Part shown: piece by piece, positions 1-9,516 of the stretch | Layout: each line of letters opens with the position of its first letter | Position numbering within the stretch: position 1 is the stretch's first letter | Source: Candidatus Limnocylindrales bacterium | GTDB lineage: Bacteria; Chloroflexota; Limnocylindria; Limnocylindrales; CSP1-4 | Direction: 5' to 3' | Length of the DNA: 64,000 nt | Assembly: GCA_046707905.1 (NCBI GenBank) | Contig: JBKKDM010000177.1 | Coordinates: 80,877-144,876, forward strand | Translations under genes and position numbers: made by a program | The notes under the pieces: generated by a model | Told to the model about the DNA's origin: nothing | What the model saw: the letters and a program-made list of their open reading frames with translations, nothing else | Databases searched by the model: none

Positions 1-390
1 CGAGCCCAGTGGCCTCGGGGACGATCGGCGCGTTCGAGGGCGCGCACTACTACCACTGCGCTGTATATCGGCCCGCCTTCGACTGTCGCATGCGGACGTT
101 AGGCCAACCGTTCTGCGAGGTCTGTCAGCGCGCGATCGAGCGCCAGCTCGAGCGCTTCCTCCCTCCGCACAATCGGGATGCGGTCATCGCCGTTGATCGA
201 TCCTCTGAAGGCGCCTAGCTCGACGGTATCGCGCCCGGGCGAATGCGTCGCTCCTATTGAAGCGGCTCTGCAAATCCCTCAGCGTCTCGGTCGTCCAGCA
301 GCGCCCCTTCGGAACGACGCGCCGTGGCGAGATCGGCCCAGTCTGGGTGGCTCCCGACCAAGCGGCCCCCATCCATAACCGGCTCGGTCC

Positions 391-2301
391 TCAGCCCTCC
401 GACGTCCGTGCGATGCGGTAGCTGCGGTACCAAGGAAGCAAGGTGAAGTTCACCGCGAGCGTGCCGGCTGCCCCGGTCACGAATGCGGCCAGGTACTGCC
501 AACCCGAGCCGAAGGCTTGGTCGACGTACGCACTGCCAAGAAAGGCAGCGGCCGCGATGGCTGCGACGATCCAGAACTCGAACACATCGCCGAGGCGGAG
601 CCACCTGATCCGTCGATCGGGCGTGGCCCGGTCCGGCATGGCGGGCACGTCGACGGAGTCAAGGAGGGCATCAACCGAATCTGCCGGGGGCGGCGGCGCT
701 GCATCCCGGCGGGGAGCGGCGCGCAGGGCGACCTCAATGATCCCCAGTCGTTCACGCAACAGGCCAAGGACATCCGGATTCTCGAGATCCTGAATGCTCT
801 TGGCCGGCCGGAGGTAGGCCTCACGTATCGCGATGGGGTTGGCGAGGCGCGCTCGATCTGCGATCCATTCCGGCAAGGTTTCGGGAAGTGCTTGGTAGCG
901 CTCGAAAACGAGGCGATAGAGCCGGAATGCTCGCAGCCAGGAGGCATTTGCCCTGGTTTGGGCGCCGACCGCGTCGAGATGCGCGTTGATGTCATCCACC
1001 GAGGTGATGTCGACGGATTGGAGAATGTCGTCGCCGGCCTTGCGGAGCGCGGCTGCCTCGCTCGCTGAACTGAGCTCGCCCGCCAGTTGACCTCGGAGAC
1101 CGGTACGGGCTTCCACCAAGGCGTCGACCAGGTCGCCTGCCTCGAGCAGATCGCCGGTGGCTTTCGTCGCCTTGTCGAGGTCGTCCTTGCTGTGCGCCGT
1201 CGCCACGTTCTGGAAGAGCTTGGCGGCCTCGGATGAGCCCGCTGGAAGTTCGTGCACCGGGTCGAAGATCCCGTCGAGAATCGTCCTGTCGGCTTCGCCG
1301 TACTTGCTGCGCGCCTCGATGTAGCGGAGTCGGGCGTTCCTTAGCTCCTCCCATAGGACTGCTCGGGGCCTGGTGTTGTCACTACGCCGCCGTAGCACGT
1401 AGGCCACGCCCGCACCAGCAAACACCGCGAAGAGCGGATAGATGAACAGATCCTGCACCTTGATGGTGAGCGAAAGGGTCGAAGCCTCGTCATTTCCTAC
1501 CTCGAATGGGAGGGACCCCGCATAGGTTCCACTCCGGGAGGTGCAGCCAAGCTCAAGCCACGCATCGCCCTTGGGGTATCCGTTCGGCATCCCGAGCCTC
1601 GCGAACATGCGCCCGCCCGTATCAGAGGCCAGGAGAGCCACCGGTTGGCGCACGACGGTGCCTGGGGCAACAGGTGATCCCAAGTCCGTGAGACTGACCC
1701 GTAGATCCTCCGAATCGCGCGGAGGCCAGCTCCAGCAGCCGGCGTCCCACTTGAAAACCCATGGGAGCGATCGCGTCATGGTCACGCTGATTTCGGATGG
1801 CTCGACGCTAGCACCGCCAAACCGCTCGGCATCGTTCGAGAAGGCAGCCTCGATCGGGATGGTTGCTGGTGCTATTCCGGGCTCTATCGCCTCGGCGACC
1901 AGAAGGCCGGCGAGCGCCGTCAGATCGGAAGGACCGTCGACGCCCACAGTCGCTGCGAGAACGCTGCCTGCAGGGATCGTTGTGGATGAGGCACCGTTGA
2001 CTGTCAGCCGAAGGGCGCTATCCGGGTCCGTGGACCTGAACTCGGTCCCGTCTGTCGAGTCGATGATCGCCACGGTTATCGTCAGGTCGACGGCCGACTG
2101 GTTCCCGATGACAACGACCGTGGAGGCGACCGTTCGATCGCCGGCGACCTTGAAATCTAATTCGATTGGCGAATCGGCAGGCAAGACAAATGACAACGCG
2201 TGTTGCCGGGCAGCGTCGTTGTCCATGGCGCTCGCCGTCGAGGCCAGGGCCAAGCCCAAGAAGCCGGCGATCGCTGCGGCTCGCCCAAGAGCACCGGACA
2301 T
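391..2301 (-). CDS. Large membrane-anchored hypothetical protein (signal peptide, central TM, two C-terminal TM helices)
   Basis: ORF 391..2445; likely start at MSGALGRAAAIAGFLGLALASTASA (signal-peptide-like) about 2301. Hydrophobic segments IYPLFAVFAGAGVAYVL and FWIVAAIAAAAFLGSAY / LAAFVTGAAGTLAVNF. No recognisable catalytic motif. Confidence 0.45.
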   Translation of the reverse strand: MSGALGRAAAIAGFLGLALASTASAMDNDAARQHALSFVLPADSPIELDFKVAGDRTVASTVVVIGNQSAVDLTITVAIIDSTDGTEFRSTDPDSALRLTVNGASSTTIPAGSVLAATVGVDGPSDLTALAGLLVAEAIEPGIAPATIPIEAAFSNDAERFGGASVEPSEISVTMTRSLPWVFKWDAGCWSWPPRDSEDLRVSLTDLGSPVAPGTVVRQPVALLASDTGGRMFARLGMPNGYPKGDAWLELGCTSRSGTYAGSLPFEVGNDEASTLSLTIKVQDLFIYPLFAVFAGAGVAYVLRRRSDNTRPRAVLWEELRNARLRYIEARSKYGEADRTILDGIFDPVHELPAGSSEAAKLFQNVATAHSKDDLDKATKATGDLLEAGDLVDALVEARTGLRGQLAGELSSASEAAALRKAGDDILQSVDITSVDDINAHLDAVGAQTRANASWLRAFRLYRLVFERYQALPETLPEWIADRARLANPIAIREAYLRPAKSIQDLENPDVLGLLRERLGIIEVALRAAPRRDAAPPPPADSVDALLDSVDVPAMPDRATPDRRIRWLRLGDVFEFWIVAAIAAAAFLGSAYVDQAFGSGWQYLAAFVTGAAGTLAVNFTLLPWYRSYRIARTSEG

Positions 2302-2458
2302 TCGCACCCTCCGTCCCGGGATCGTGGTGGCTCGTGCCGCTAGAGGCAATGCATAGGTCGACGACGCAGTTTGCCAGTCCGCATTCGTGACCACGCCAGT
2401 TCGGCGAGGCGTCTGGCGGCGTCCGCACGTGACAGCGTGGGCCAAAACCCTGCGCCGC

Positions 2459-2478
2459 TCAACTGGGGAGAACCCTGG
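2459..2478 (-). promoter_or_regulatory. Conserved 20-nt motif copy (revcomp CCAGGGTTCTCCCCAGTTG)
   Basis: Upstream of minus-strand membrane-protein gene. Also in the divergent region before the XRE gene. Confidence 0.4.
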
Positions 2479-2483
2479 TCACC

Positions 2484-2816
2484 GTGTTCGGGGCGCCGAC
2501 GCAGGCGGCCTTGCGACGCTTCGAGCCCACGGTCGAGTCGAGGCTGTACGATCGAGACATGCCTCGAACGAGAGACGTGGTGCGCGAAGAACGCGCCTCG
2601 GCGGCTCGATGGATCGGCCGCCGCCTTGCCGCCGGTCGAGAACGCGCCAGCATGACACAAGTCGCGGCGGCAAGGGCGCTGGGCGTACCGCAGTCGCGGA
2701 TCGCCAAGCTCGAAGCGGGAGCGAGATCCCTGTTGTTCATCGAGGGATTGCGTCTGTCGAGCCTCTATGCGATGGCGCCATCCGAACTCGATCCGAACGC
2801 GACTGAGGAAGCCTGA
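2484..2816 (+). CDS. XRE-family helix-turn-helix transcriptional regulator
   Basis: HTH_XRE signature MTQVAAARALGVPQSRIAKLEAG. Real start may be internal (MPRTRD... about 2559). Confidence 0.6.
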   Translation: MFGAPTQAALRRFEPTVESRLYDRDMPRTRDVVREERASAARWIGRRLAAGRERASMTQVAAARALGVPQSRIAKLEAGARSLLFIEGLRLSSLYAMAPSELDPNATEEA

Positions 2817-3066
2817 CGCCCCCTGAGGAGTGACCGAGCCCCGGCTACACGTCGTCGGCAACTCGTCGGCAGTTCGTCGGCGGCTCTCGGGCCTGCCCCG
2901 GCTCTCTACCATCCCGCGGTGACGATGGCATTCGCCGTGCTCATTCCCCAGCACCGCGTTCGGTAACCGCGGGCTGCCCGCACGTGGCCGAGGGTTCAGA
3001 CGTTGTCCCATCCCTGCACGTTAAGTCCGCGTTCCCTTGGGCAGGCGTAGCGCGTTTCCCGAGCCG

Positions 3067-4194
3067 TTAGCGCCGAACCGTTGTTTCGAACAGCGCGGCT
3101 TGCTCGCCATCAGCCGGGCTAGGGGAAGCGGTGGAAGCGATCAATTGATCGAACCGGGTAACAAAGGCCGGGTCGAGCCCGGCTGCCTTAACGAGAAAAC
3201 GGATGACGTCCGACGCGAGCTTCGCCTCAACAACGTCACGGTGCGGGAAGGCTTCAACCCAAGTAACGCCGCGCCCAGCGATGGTTTCGACACCGACGAA
3301 CTCCAGAACTCGCAGGGCGCCAACGCCAAGATCTCGCCGACGCAGCAGGCGTGACGCCAAATCAGAGAGCTGATCGAAGTAGTCAGGCAGAACTGGAAAC
3401 TTCGACATCCGGTCTACGCGTTCCGGGGCGAGCTCGGCGATAAGTTCCTTGATGCGAGCGGCCAGTCGCTCCTTTTCGCGAAACTCGAATTCACTGCCGG
3501 TCACGATCTGTGCCAGTGATCCACGTCCGTCGGCGACTTGAAGCCGGACGACATCCTCGACGGCGCCGAGCAGCGCGACGAGGTACAGCCAAGCGAGGTC
3601 AAGGACTAGCAGAAGGCACCATTGCTCATCCGGGCGCAAGAGGCGGCTTGCGGCCTGGAGGTAGGCCGGGAGTTGCGTCAAGTTGCGCCGCCGCGGCAGA
3701 GTCCAGTAGTAGGCCCGCCGATATCGCTGCAGTGACTTGGCCGTGTCGGGTGTCTGCGTCGTCGCGACCATCCATCGCTGAAGCTGCTCGGCGGCAAGAA
3801 AACTTCCGGCTGCCGGCAGCATCACTTCGCCCGCCTGCTCCACGAGACCAGCTCTATCCGTGGGGTCCACCGCGGCGATGCCGAGTCGAAGAGCCAACTG
3901 TCGTGCCGCGGAAGCGATCTCCTCGTCGCGAACGAGAAACGCCGAGCGTGCACCAAACAAGTCGGCGACACCACGGAGCCAGAACACCCGCTCCGTCACC
4001 CGGCCCTTGAGTGTCTTGCAGTCGGCGACGGTGAACGCGAGACCGCTAAGCGGCGAATACTCGACGCCCAGAACATCGAGGTCCGTCCACTCTTCATATG
4101 GGGCGCGGGTCCTTGAGCGGGTTCGAGGGACGATCGCACTCAACTTCACATCGACGCGAGTCGCGGCGCCCATGGCCCAAAATGCCCGACGCAT
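3067..4194 (-). CDS. Hypothetical protein (island cargo gene A)
   Basis: Long ORF 3067..4407. Start trimmed to the ATG at 4192-4194 (MRRAFWAMGAAT), which has a GAAGG RBS and lies 25 nt downstream of the stop of the upstream gene. No recognised motif. Confidence 0.4.
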   Translation of the reverse strand: MRRAFWAMGAATRVDVKLSAIVPRTRSRTRAPYEEWTDLDVLGVEYSPLSGLAFTVADCKTLKGRVTERVFWLRGVADLFGARSAFLVRDEEIASAARQLALRLGIAAVDPTDRAGLVEQAGEVMLPAAGSFLAAEQLQRWMVATTQTPDTAKSLQRYRRAYYWTLPRRRNLTQLPAYLQAASRLLRPDEQWCLLLVLDLAWLYLVALLGAVEDVVRLQVADGRGSLAQIVTGSEFEFREKERLAARIKELIAELAPERVDRMSKFPVLPDYFDQLSDLASRLLRRRDLGVGALRVLEFVGVETIAGRGVTWVEAFPHRDVVEAKLASDVIRFLVKAAGLDPAFVTRFDQLIASTASPSPADGEQAALFETTVRR

Positions 4195-4219
4195 GTCGAC
4201 CTTCTGAGCGAAGTCGTGA

Positions 4220-5506
4220 TCAGTCAATTGGCTCGTATCCCATAGCCACGCGCAGGAGACGCTCAACCATCCGCCCGGCCAGCGGGCTGCCCTCGCGGAC
4301 CGCCGGTATCGCTTGGATCGGAGAGAGGTACTTTCCTTCGGTGAGGAGGACTTGCCCACCTCCGTATGGCAGCTCCTTGCTCCCGATGGCCTCGCCTTGC
4401 GAGGCAAGCTCGATCGCCAATTGGACCGCGGCGATGTTGTCGGCGCTATCGATCAGTTGAACTCCGTACCAACTTCCCGACTTGTGGAATTGGACGATAC
4501 CGCGCTGCGCCAGGACCGCGTACTGCCGGCGGGCACTGCTATGTGGTCGAATGGTGTATGTCGGGTCGGCAAGCACCTGCAGAAGCCGAACGGGATCGCG
4601 AAGATTTGTTGCTCCTCCGAAGTGCTCACCTGCTCGGACGGCCGCGATCAATGCCAGAGCCTTGTCCAGCAAGGCCTTTCCGACGGTCAGCAGCTGGGGC
4701 GCTACCCCGTACGGAGCAACGGCGAAGCTCTCTGTTCGCCCGTCGGGCAATTCCACTGCCGGACCAGCGATCAGGCCGCCCGCTACGAGGTCGGTCAGGG
4801 TCCGGCTGTGCGGTCCGATCGAAATGGGCAGGCCTTGGTAGCGTCGGACCTCCTCGACCGACGCCCGGATTTCGTCGATATCCAACATTCCGAGAAGCTC
4901 ACCGACCTCGGCAGGTCGTTCGTACGCGAAATAGGGCGAGTAGGCGATTGCGCCATCTGGGAGGTCGACAGTCTCGATTGCCATGGCGGCCCGCCCGATC
5001 GAAACGACCCGGTCGACGACGCCGGCATCAATCTGTAGTTGGCTGACGGGACGCGGGCCATAGGAGAGATCGTTGACCACCTCGAGCAGGCTCGTCTCGA
5101 TCTCCGTATGTGTCCGGATGGCCCAGACCTCCCCCAGATTACCGTACAGAGTGTCGAACTCCGCAGGCACCGTCTCGAAGAAGTCGGTGATCTCGCCAGC
5201 TCCGTCACGTTGCACCCGTCGCACAAAGCCGAGCTCATCTAGCAGATTTACGACACCGTCGAAGGCCCATGGCGTGATGTCAAGCTGCTCAGCGGCGTAC
5301 TGCTTGAGAGCCTTTGCATCCTTGACGACCTCCTGGCCTTTGACCGTCGTGCCAAGCGCAGCGGCCATACCCACGAGTTGCGTGGTGTGCAGTTCCGTGG
5401 CCACGAGGCCAACGTGTCGGTTGACCTTTCGCAAGCCCTGGTGGACGTCATGCGACCGGAGGGCTCGGAAGGCTGGGGAGATGGCCAGGCCATTCTCGGG
5501 CGGCAT
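4220..5506 (-). CDS. Hypothetical protein (island cargo gene B)
   Basis: ORF 4220..5674, start trimmed to MPPENG (ATG 5504-5506). Protein-like composition, possible winged-helix-like segments. Co-oriented with genes A and C. Confidence 0.4.
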   Translation of the reverse strand: MPPENGLAISPAFRALRSHDVHQGLRKVNRHVGLVATELHTTQLVGMAAALGTTVKGQEVVKDAKALKQYAAEQLDITPWAFDGVVNLLDELGFVRRVQRDGAGEITDFFETVPAEFDTLYGNLGEVWAIRTHTEIETSLLEVVNDLSYGPRPVSQLQIDAGVVDRVVSIGRAAMAIETVDLPDGAIAYSPYFAYERPAEVGELLGMLDIDEIRASVEEVRRYQGLPISIGPHSRTLTDLVAGGLIAGPAVELPDGRTESFAVAPYGVAPQLLTVGKALLDKALALIAAVRAGEHFGGATNLRDPVRLLQVLADPTYTIRPHSSARRQYAVLAQRGIVQFHKSGSWYGVQLIDSADNIAAVQLAIELASQGEAIGSKELPYGGGQVLLTEGKYLSPIQAIPAVREGSPLAGRMVERLLRVAMGYEPID

Positions 5507-5600
5507 CAACCTTGGCCGAGCGACCGACCGCAGGCGAATCCCGCACAATCGCAAACGGATTGATGGATCGCAACGTGGCTGCACCGCGTGAGATGCCGCA

Positions 5601-6257
5601 TCAGACGTACGGCGCGCGCCGAATGCGGGCCTCGGTGCTACTGAGCAACCGATCGAGCCGCGCCCAGCTCGCACGCAAATCCGGAGCGCGGTAGGACTTC
5701 GGCGCGTGACCGCGTTCCCGCAGGTGCCAAGTCTCGATACCGACGAGCCTGCCGTGCGTCGATTCGGCCAACGCGAGGGTCGCCGCCACCACCATCACGA
5801 CGCCCTTTCGCCCGCGCATCAGGGCGCGTTCCGCCCACAGGAGCCTCATGATCGGACCTTGCGGGCCCTGCATGATGAGCCCAAGAGGTGTGCGAATCAG
5901 GTGATTCCGCCATGACGTCACGGCGTCTGGCGAGGTCTTCGCCGAAATCAGGAAGGGCGCCTCGGGGGCTCGGCGGTCAAGGGCAAGGAACGTTTCGAGG
6001 TGGACGCGAACGGTTTCTGCCTGTTGCAACTTGAACGGCGTGATCCCTCGGCCGCGTTCAAGTTCGGCTTCGAGGCTGGCCCACATCGCCTCGGCGTTCC
6101 GGCCGTGCTCGTAGTACGCCGCCGCAGCGGCGTAGATCCAGCCGCGTTGCGGATAGGAGAATCCGGACCCACTTCGGAGGCTTGCGAGGCTTATGTTCGG
6201 GTCGCGCGCGAGCTCCCGAATGTCACTCAGGGTGAACGGGCTCCCGACGACCGACAA
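5601..6257 (-). CDS. Hypothetical protein (island cargo gene C)
   Basis: 218-aa ORF co-oriented with and immediately upstream of gene B. No recognised motif. Confidence 0.35.
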   Translation of the reverse strand: MSVVGSPFTLSDIRELARDPNISLASLRSGSGFSYPQRGWIYAAAAAYYEHGRNAEAMWASLEAELERGRGITPFKLQQAETVRVHLETFLALDRRAPEAPFLISAKTSPDAVTSWRNHLIRTPLGLIMQGPQGPIMRLLWAERALMRGRKGVVMVVAATLALAESTHGRLVGIETWHLRERGHAPKSYRAPDLRASWARLDRLLSSTEARIRRAPYV

Positions 6258-6259
6258 GG

Positions 6260-6511
6260 TCAGTGCTCACGATCGATCGGAGGATTGGGATCCTTTCGGG
6301 CAATCGTGTCCGAGGACCGGATACGTCCATCCTGCCCGTGCGTGATGACTTCGGCGCCGCCGCTCCGTCGGGCCAAGTCCTTGGCGGCCTTCTCTGCCCT
6401 TGCCTGCGTGGGTTTGACTTCAATGCTCGATCGCGAGTTGCCCGCCCGGACCGCACCCCAGCCATCGGGCCGTTTCACCACATGAATTTGCTTGGGGGTT
6501 GTCTTGGCCAT
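6260..6511 (-). CDS. DUF2188-family small protein
   Basis: C-terminal 83 aa of ORF 6260..7453 (MAKTTPKQIHVVKRPDGWGAVRAGNSRSSIEVKPTQARAEKAAKDLARRSGGAEVITHGQDGRIRSSD) matches the DUF2188 pattern. It has its own ATG at 6509-6511 preceded by an AAGGGAG RBS, but there is no stop between it and the upstream gene. Confidence 0.6.
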   Translation of the reverse strand: MAKTTPKQIHVVKRPDGWGAVRAGNSRSSIEVKPTQARAEKAAKDLARRSGGAEVITHGQDGRIRSSDTIARKDPNPPIDREH

Positions 6512-7453
6512 GTGCTTCGACTCCCTTCGTCTTGTGTCGTTTGCGTCACGAGTAGGTGAAGTGGCTTCTTGGTTGGGTAACTGGAGGTATTCCGCTTCTA
6601 GTAGTCCGGCGATCATGTCGGCGCTCGATGGATCGTCGTTCAGCTTTTGGAGCGGCGTCCAGCCATCAAGCGCTGGATGACTACTCGTCAACAGGCCAGC
6701 CAAGCCCCACGGGTCGTAGCAGGCTAGGCGAGACAAGGCTGGCTTGAGACCTGGCAAGAGGTGAGTTGGCCGGCTCGGATCGAATTGCCAGCGCGGATAC
6801 ACCAGCTTGCGAGAGGACCCGAGAGGCAGGCCGAGTAAAGCCCCACTCTGGCGACGAGCCGCAAGAGTCGTGCGACTAAGCTCGAGGAACTGTTGGATCT
6901 CCGAGGCGGACATCGGCCCACTGCCGCCGTATCGCAAGATCCGATCGCGCTGGTCCAGGAGTCGGTCGTCTGGCTGCCATGCGTCGGAGGTGTCCTCCGG
7001 CGGGGCCTCGCCGGCATGCTTCTCGAGCAGTCGAACGAGGTCGGTAGCGTAGCTCGCGACCATGGCCTCGAAATGCACTCGGATGAGCGTCAACGTTCGG
7101 GCCTTGGCTCGCTTGCCAACCGGGTATTCGGTCAGCAGATCGTAAACGGCTCGCGTCGCCGGCTTGGTACCGCTGGCCTCCCGCCCTCGGTGACCATTTG
7201 CGGTCGGCTCGAAGAGGCGGCCCATCGCCTTGCGGGAGAACGCCGAGACCGGATAGTCAGCAAATCGAACGGCGGCGAGCAAGGCGAGACTTCGGTCCAG
7301 CCCCTCAACGTCGACGGCGTCGACGCTCACATTCCCGGATGGGCCTACTCGAGCGCGCGCAACTTCTACCGCTGCGTTCGTGCTTGTGTCCTTGACTGCG
7401 ACGGTGAGGACGTAGCGGCTTTGGTTGGCCTGTGAGATTGCCTGTGGTCCCAT
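6512..7453 (-). CDS. HTH plus DUF2384 (Xre/MbcA/ParS antitoxin-like) domain protein, reading through in-frame into the DUF2188 gene
   Basis: HTH-like segment MSASEIQQFLELSRTTLAARRQSGALLGLP. C-terminal segment ACYDPWGLAGLLTSSHPALDGWTPLQKLNDDPSSADMIAGLL resembles the DUF2384 antitoxin domain of RES-Xre systems. An extra N-terminal domain of about 150 aa is present. Confidence 0.5.
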
Positions 7454-7493
7454 GCCTTCATGTTGGTCCTGTTCGTAAGTTATGTCAAGTTCG

Positions 7494-8180
7494 TCAACCC
7501 CAGGCGACGCCTACAGCACTGAGAAGGACTGCCCGTGCCTCGTCAAAAGACGCGTCGTCCACAGGTATGCCGGCGTCCCCCGGATTGAGTGTTGTCAGCG
7601 TCCTCGGCTCGAAGATGGCGACGTTAGGCCCATGGCCGCCTCCGAGGCGGGACCGATACACGAGCCCGCCAAGTTGGTCGTCGCAGTCGAAGAATCGGCG
7701 CGACCACGCCTGAGTCAGCGAATACCGACCCACGGTCCCAATGCGATCGTCAAGTCGATCAGGACCGCGCTGTACCCCGAGGACGGCGGGCGCTTGCAGG
7801 TTCAGGAGGCGAACCTCCTTGTCGACTCTTACCGTTCCGCAAACTCGACCTAGTCGCTGGGCCGGCGTAACCAAGCGCCCGGGAGTATCGCCATACACCT
7901 CCAGAAACGCCCCGGTGGCAGTCCGCGACCCATACCACACCGCGTATTCGACCCGGGGGTCGTCGAACCGATAGCGGGCAGGCGCCCTCTTCAGGATGTA
8001 GAGGAGCGGATGACCGGTCGCACCTGAAGGCAGCCCACCCACGTGGAATAGAGAGAGATCGGTGCCGCCGCCGAGCTCACCCGCCAATTCACCCGCCGTG
8101 ATGATGGCCGGTTCGAGCTCGAGCGACGTGCAGTCAGGCGGAGGAAGCGGGAGCGGACTTGGTCCGGCGGCCGTGGACAT
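7494..8180 (-). CDS. RES-domain protein (putative NAD-targeting toxin of a RES-Xre pair)
   Basis: RES signature RYRFDDPRVEYAVWYGSRTATGAFLEV (R...YxS...E spacing). 228 aa, immediately upstream of and co-oriented with the Xre/DUF2384 gene. Confidence 0.7.
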   Translation of the reverse strand: MSTAAGPSPLPLPPPDCTSLELEPAIITAGELAGELGGGTDLSLFHVGGLPSGATGHPLLYILKRAPARYRFDDPRVEYAVWYGSRTATGAFLEVYGDTPGRLVTPAQRLGRVCGTVRVDKEVRLLNLQAPAVLGVQRGPDRLDDRIGTVGRYSLTQAWSRRFFDCDDQLGGLVYRSRLGGGHGPNVAIFEPRTLTTLNPGDAGIPVDDASFDEARAVLLSAVGVAWG

Positions 8181-8404
8181 TCGGCTGGGCTCCTACGAGG
8201 TCCTCGCAACCCACCGCTCGCGACAAGGTGGGTATCGATGGGCACGAAATCAAACGTGCGCGCTGGCACGTTCGATGAGTATTCGTCGACACGACTGCGA
8301 CCACAATCGGGGAGAACCCTTGTCGCGCAGCCGTTGGGCCGCCCGACGGTCCGAAGCCGGATGGGCTTTGCGGCGCCGGATCCGAGGTGTTGCGACCGGC
8401 GGGC

Positions 8405-9269
8405 CTATGCGAGCCTGCGCCTCCGAGCCGGGCGAAGGCCTCGAATGGGGATGACGCGGGCGTGCTCCGCCTTGACCACAGCGTCGGACGGGTGCTGGTA
8501 GACGCGCTGACTCTTCTCGTCCGCGTGACCCATGATCTGCTGGCTGATGCGCGGATGCATGTTGCCGTTGGCGGCCGTCGTTCCGAAATAGTGGCGCAGG
8601 CGATGGAGCCCGAAACGGGTGGAGCCGCCGCCCCGCTTGTAGGCACGCGTGATTGCTTGGTAGAGCCCGCTCGGCGTCAGGCGCTCGCCGCGGGCCGATG
8701 GAAAGAGCGGAGCACGGTCGGACATCTCCTCAGGCCGCGTGCCGCTGATGGCGGGTCGGTCGCGCCGAAGGTAGGTGCGGATCGCGGACACAGTCTCCCG
8801 GCTGAGGGGCGCCCGGCGTTCGCGATCCCACTTGCCGTGACGTACCAAAGCCCAAGCGTCCCCGAAGATCGATGTCCATCACATAGCTACGGGTGACATC
8901 GCTGGTGCGGTGACTGGTGTCGGTCGCGAGCAGGATCATCGTGGCGTCACGTCCTCGTCCTCGAAGTCGGGCTCGGGCCGGTTCTCGGCTCGTTGAGCAA
9001 CTAGGTGTTCGTGTCCTACAGTCGTAGCGGTAGCCCTTCTCGGTCCGGTCGTTGATGATCGAGGCGGAGGCGGCGAGGAACTCCTCGAAGAGATCGTCGA
9101 GCGAGAGAGTCGCGGAGTAGCGCGGAGCCGAGCTCAGAGGGACCGATCGGCCCCGGGCCGGAGGTTCGGGCCGCCCTCTGGATACGTCATGGATCTGTCC
9201 CGCTGCCGGATCTTTCGAGGCGGCGCGCGTAGATCGCTCACCGTTCCTCGCCCCGCGGCGGGGGACCAT
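8405..9269 (-). pseudogene. Tyrosine recombinase / phage integrase, frameshifted
   Basis: Two overlapping minus-strand ORFs in different frames. ORF 8730..9269 carries an N-terminal SAM-like segment (SLDDLFEEFLAASASIINDRTEKGYRY). ORF 8405..8848 carries the catalytic C-terminus (LHRLRHYFGTTAANGNMHPRISQQIMGHADEKSQRVYQH, the HxLRH...Y box). It lies adjacent to the 3' end of a tRNA gene. Confidence 0.6.
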
Positions 9270-9440
9270 CAGAAGCCTCGAAATCGCGGGCAGAATGTCA
9301 GCTGAATCGGGGCTGCCCGCCGGGCAGAATGTGTCGGCTCCCTTGGCCCGGGAAGCCAGGAGAGAATCGGAGACCCGTCAACCTCACCTATCCACACAAA
9401 TCTGCGCTAACAGCGGCAATTCGTGGATGAAAGAGGTTGT

Positions 9441-9516
9441 TGGAGCGGGAGAAGGGTCTCGAACCCTCGACCTTCTGCTTGGGAAGCAGACACTCTGCCA
9501 GCTGAGTTACTCCCGC
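9441..9516 (-). tRNA. tRNA-Gly (anticodon CCC), CCA encoded
   Basis: Reverse complement of 9441..9516 folds as a canonical tRNA. Acceptor stem is GCGGGAG/CTCCCGC, anticodon arm is TCTGC-TTCCCAA-GCAGA, T-arm is GAGGG-TTCGAGA-CCCTT, discriminator is T, and a 3' CCA is present. Confidence 0.85.

Larger units (their letters stand above)
2459..9440. mobile_element. Putative tRNA-Gly-associated integrated island (degraded)
   Basis: An integrase pseudogene abuts the 3' end of tRNA-Gly. Cargo comprises a RES-Xre TA-like pair, DUF2188, three unknown genes and an XRE regulator. The far boundary was not identified, because no direct repeat of the tRNA 3' end was found by eye. Confidence 0.35.

Noticed and set aside
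9-604. Several short overlapping ORFs at the extreme left
   Set aside because: They mutually overlap on both strands, have no motifs and have no clear start context. This is probably the tail of a gene outside the window or intergenic sequence.
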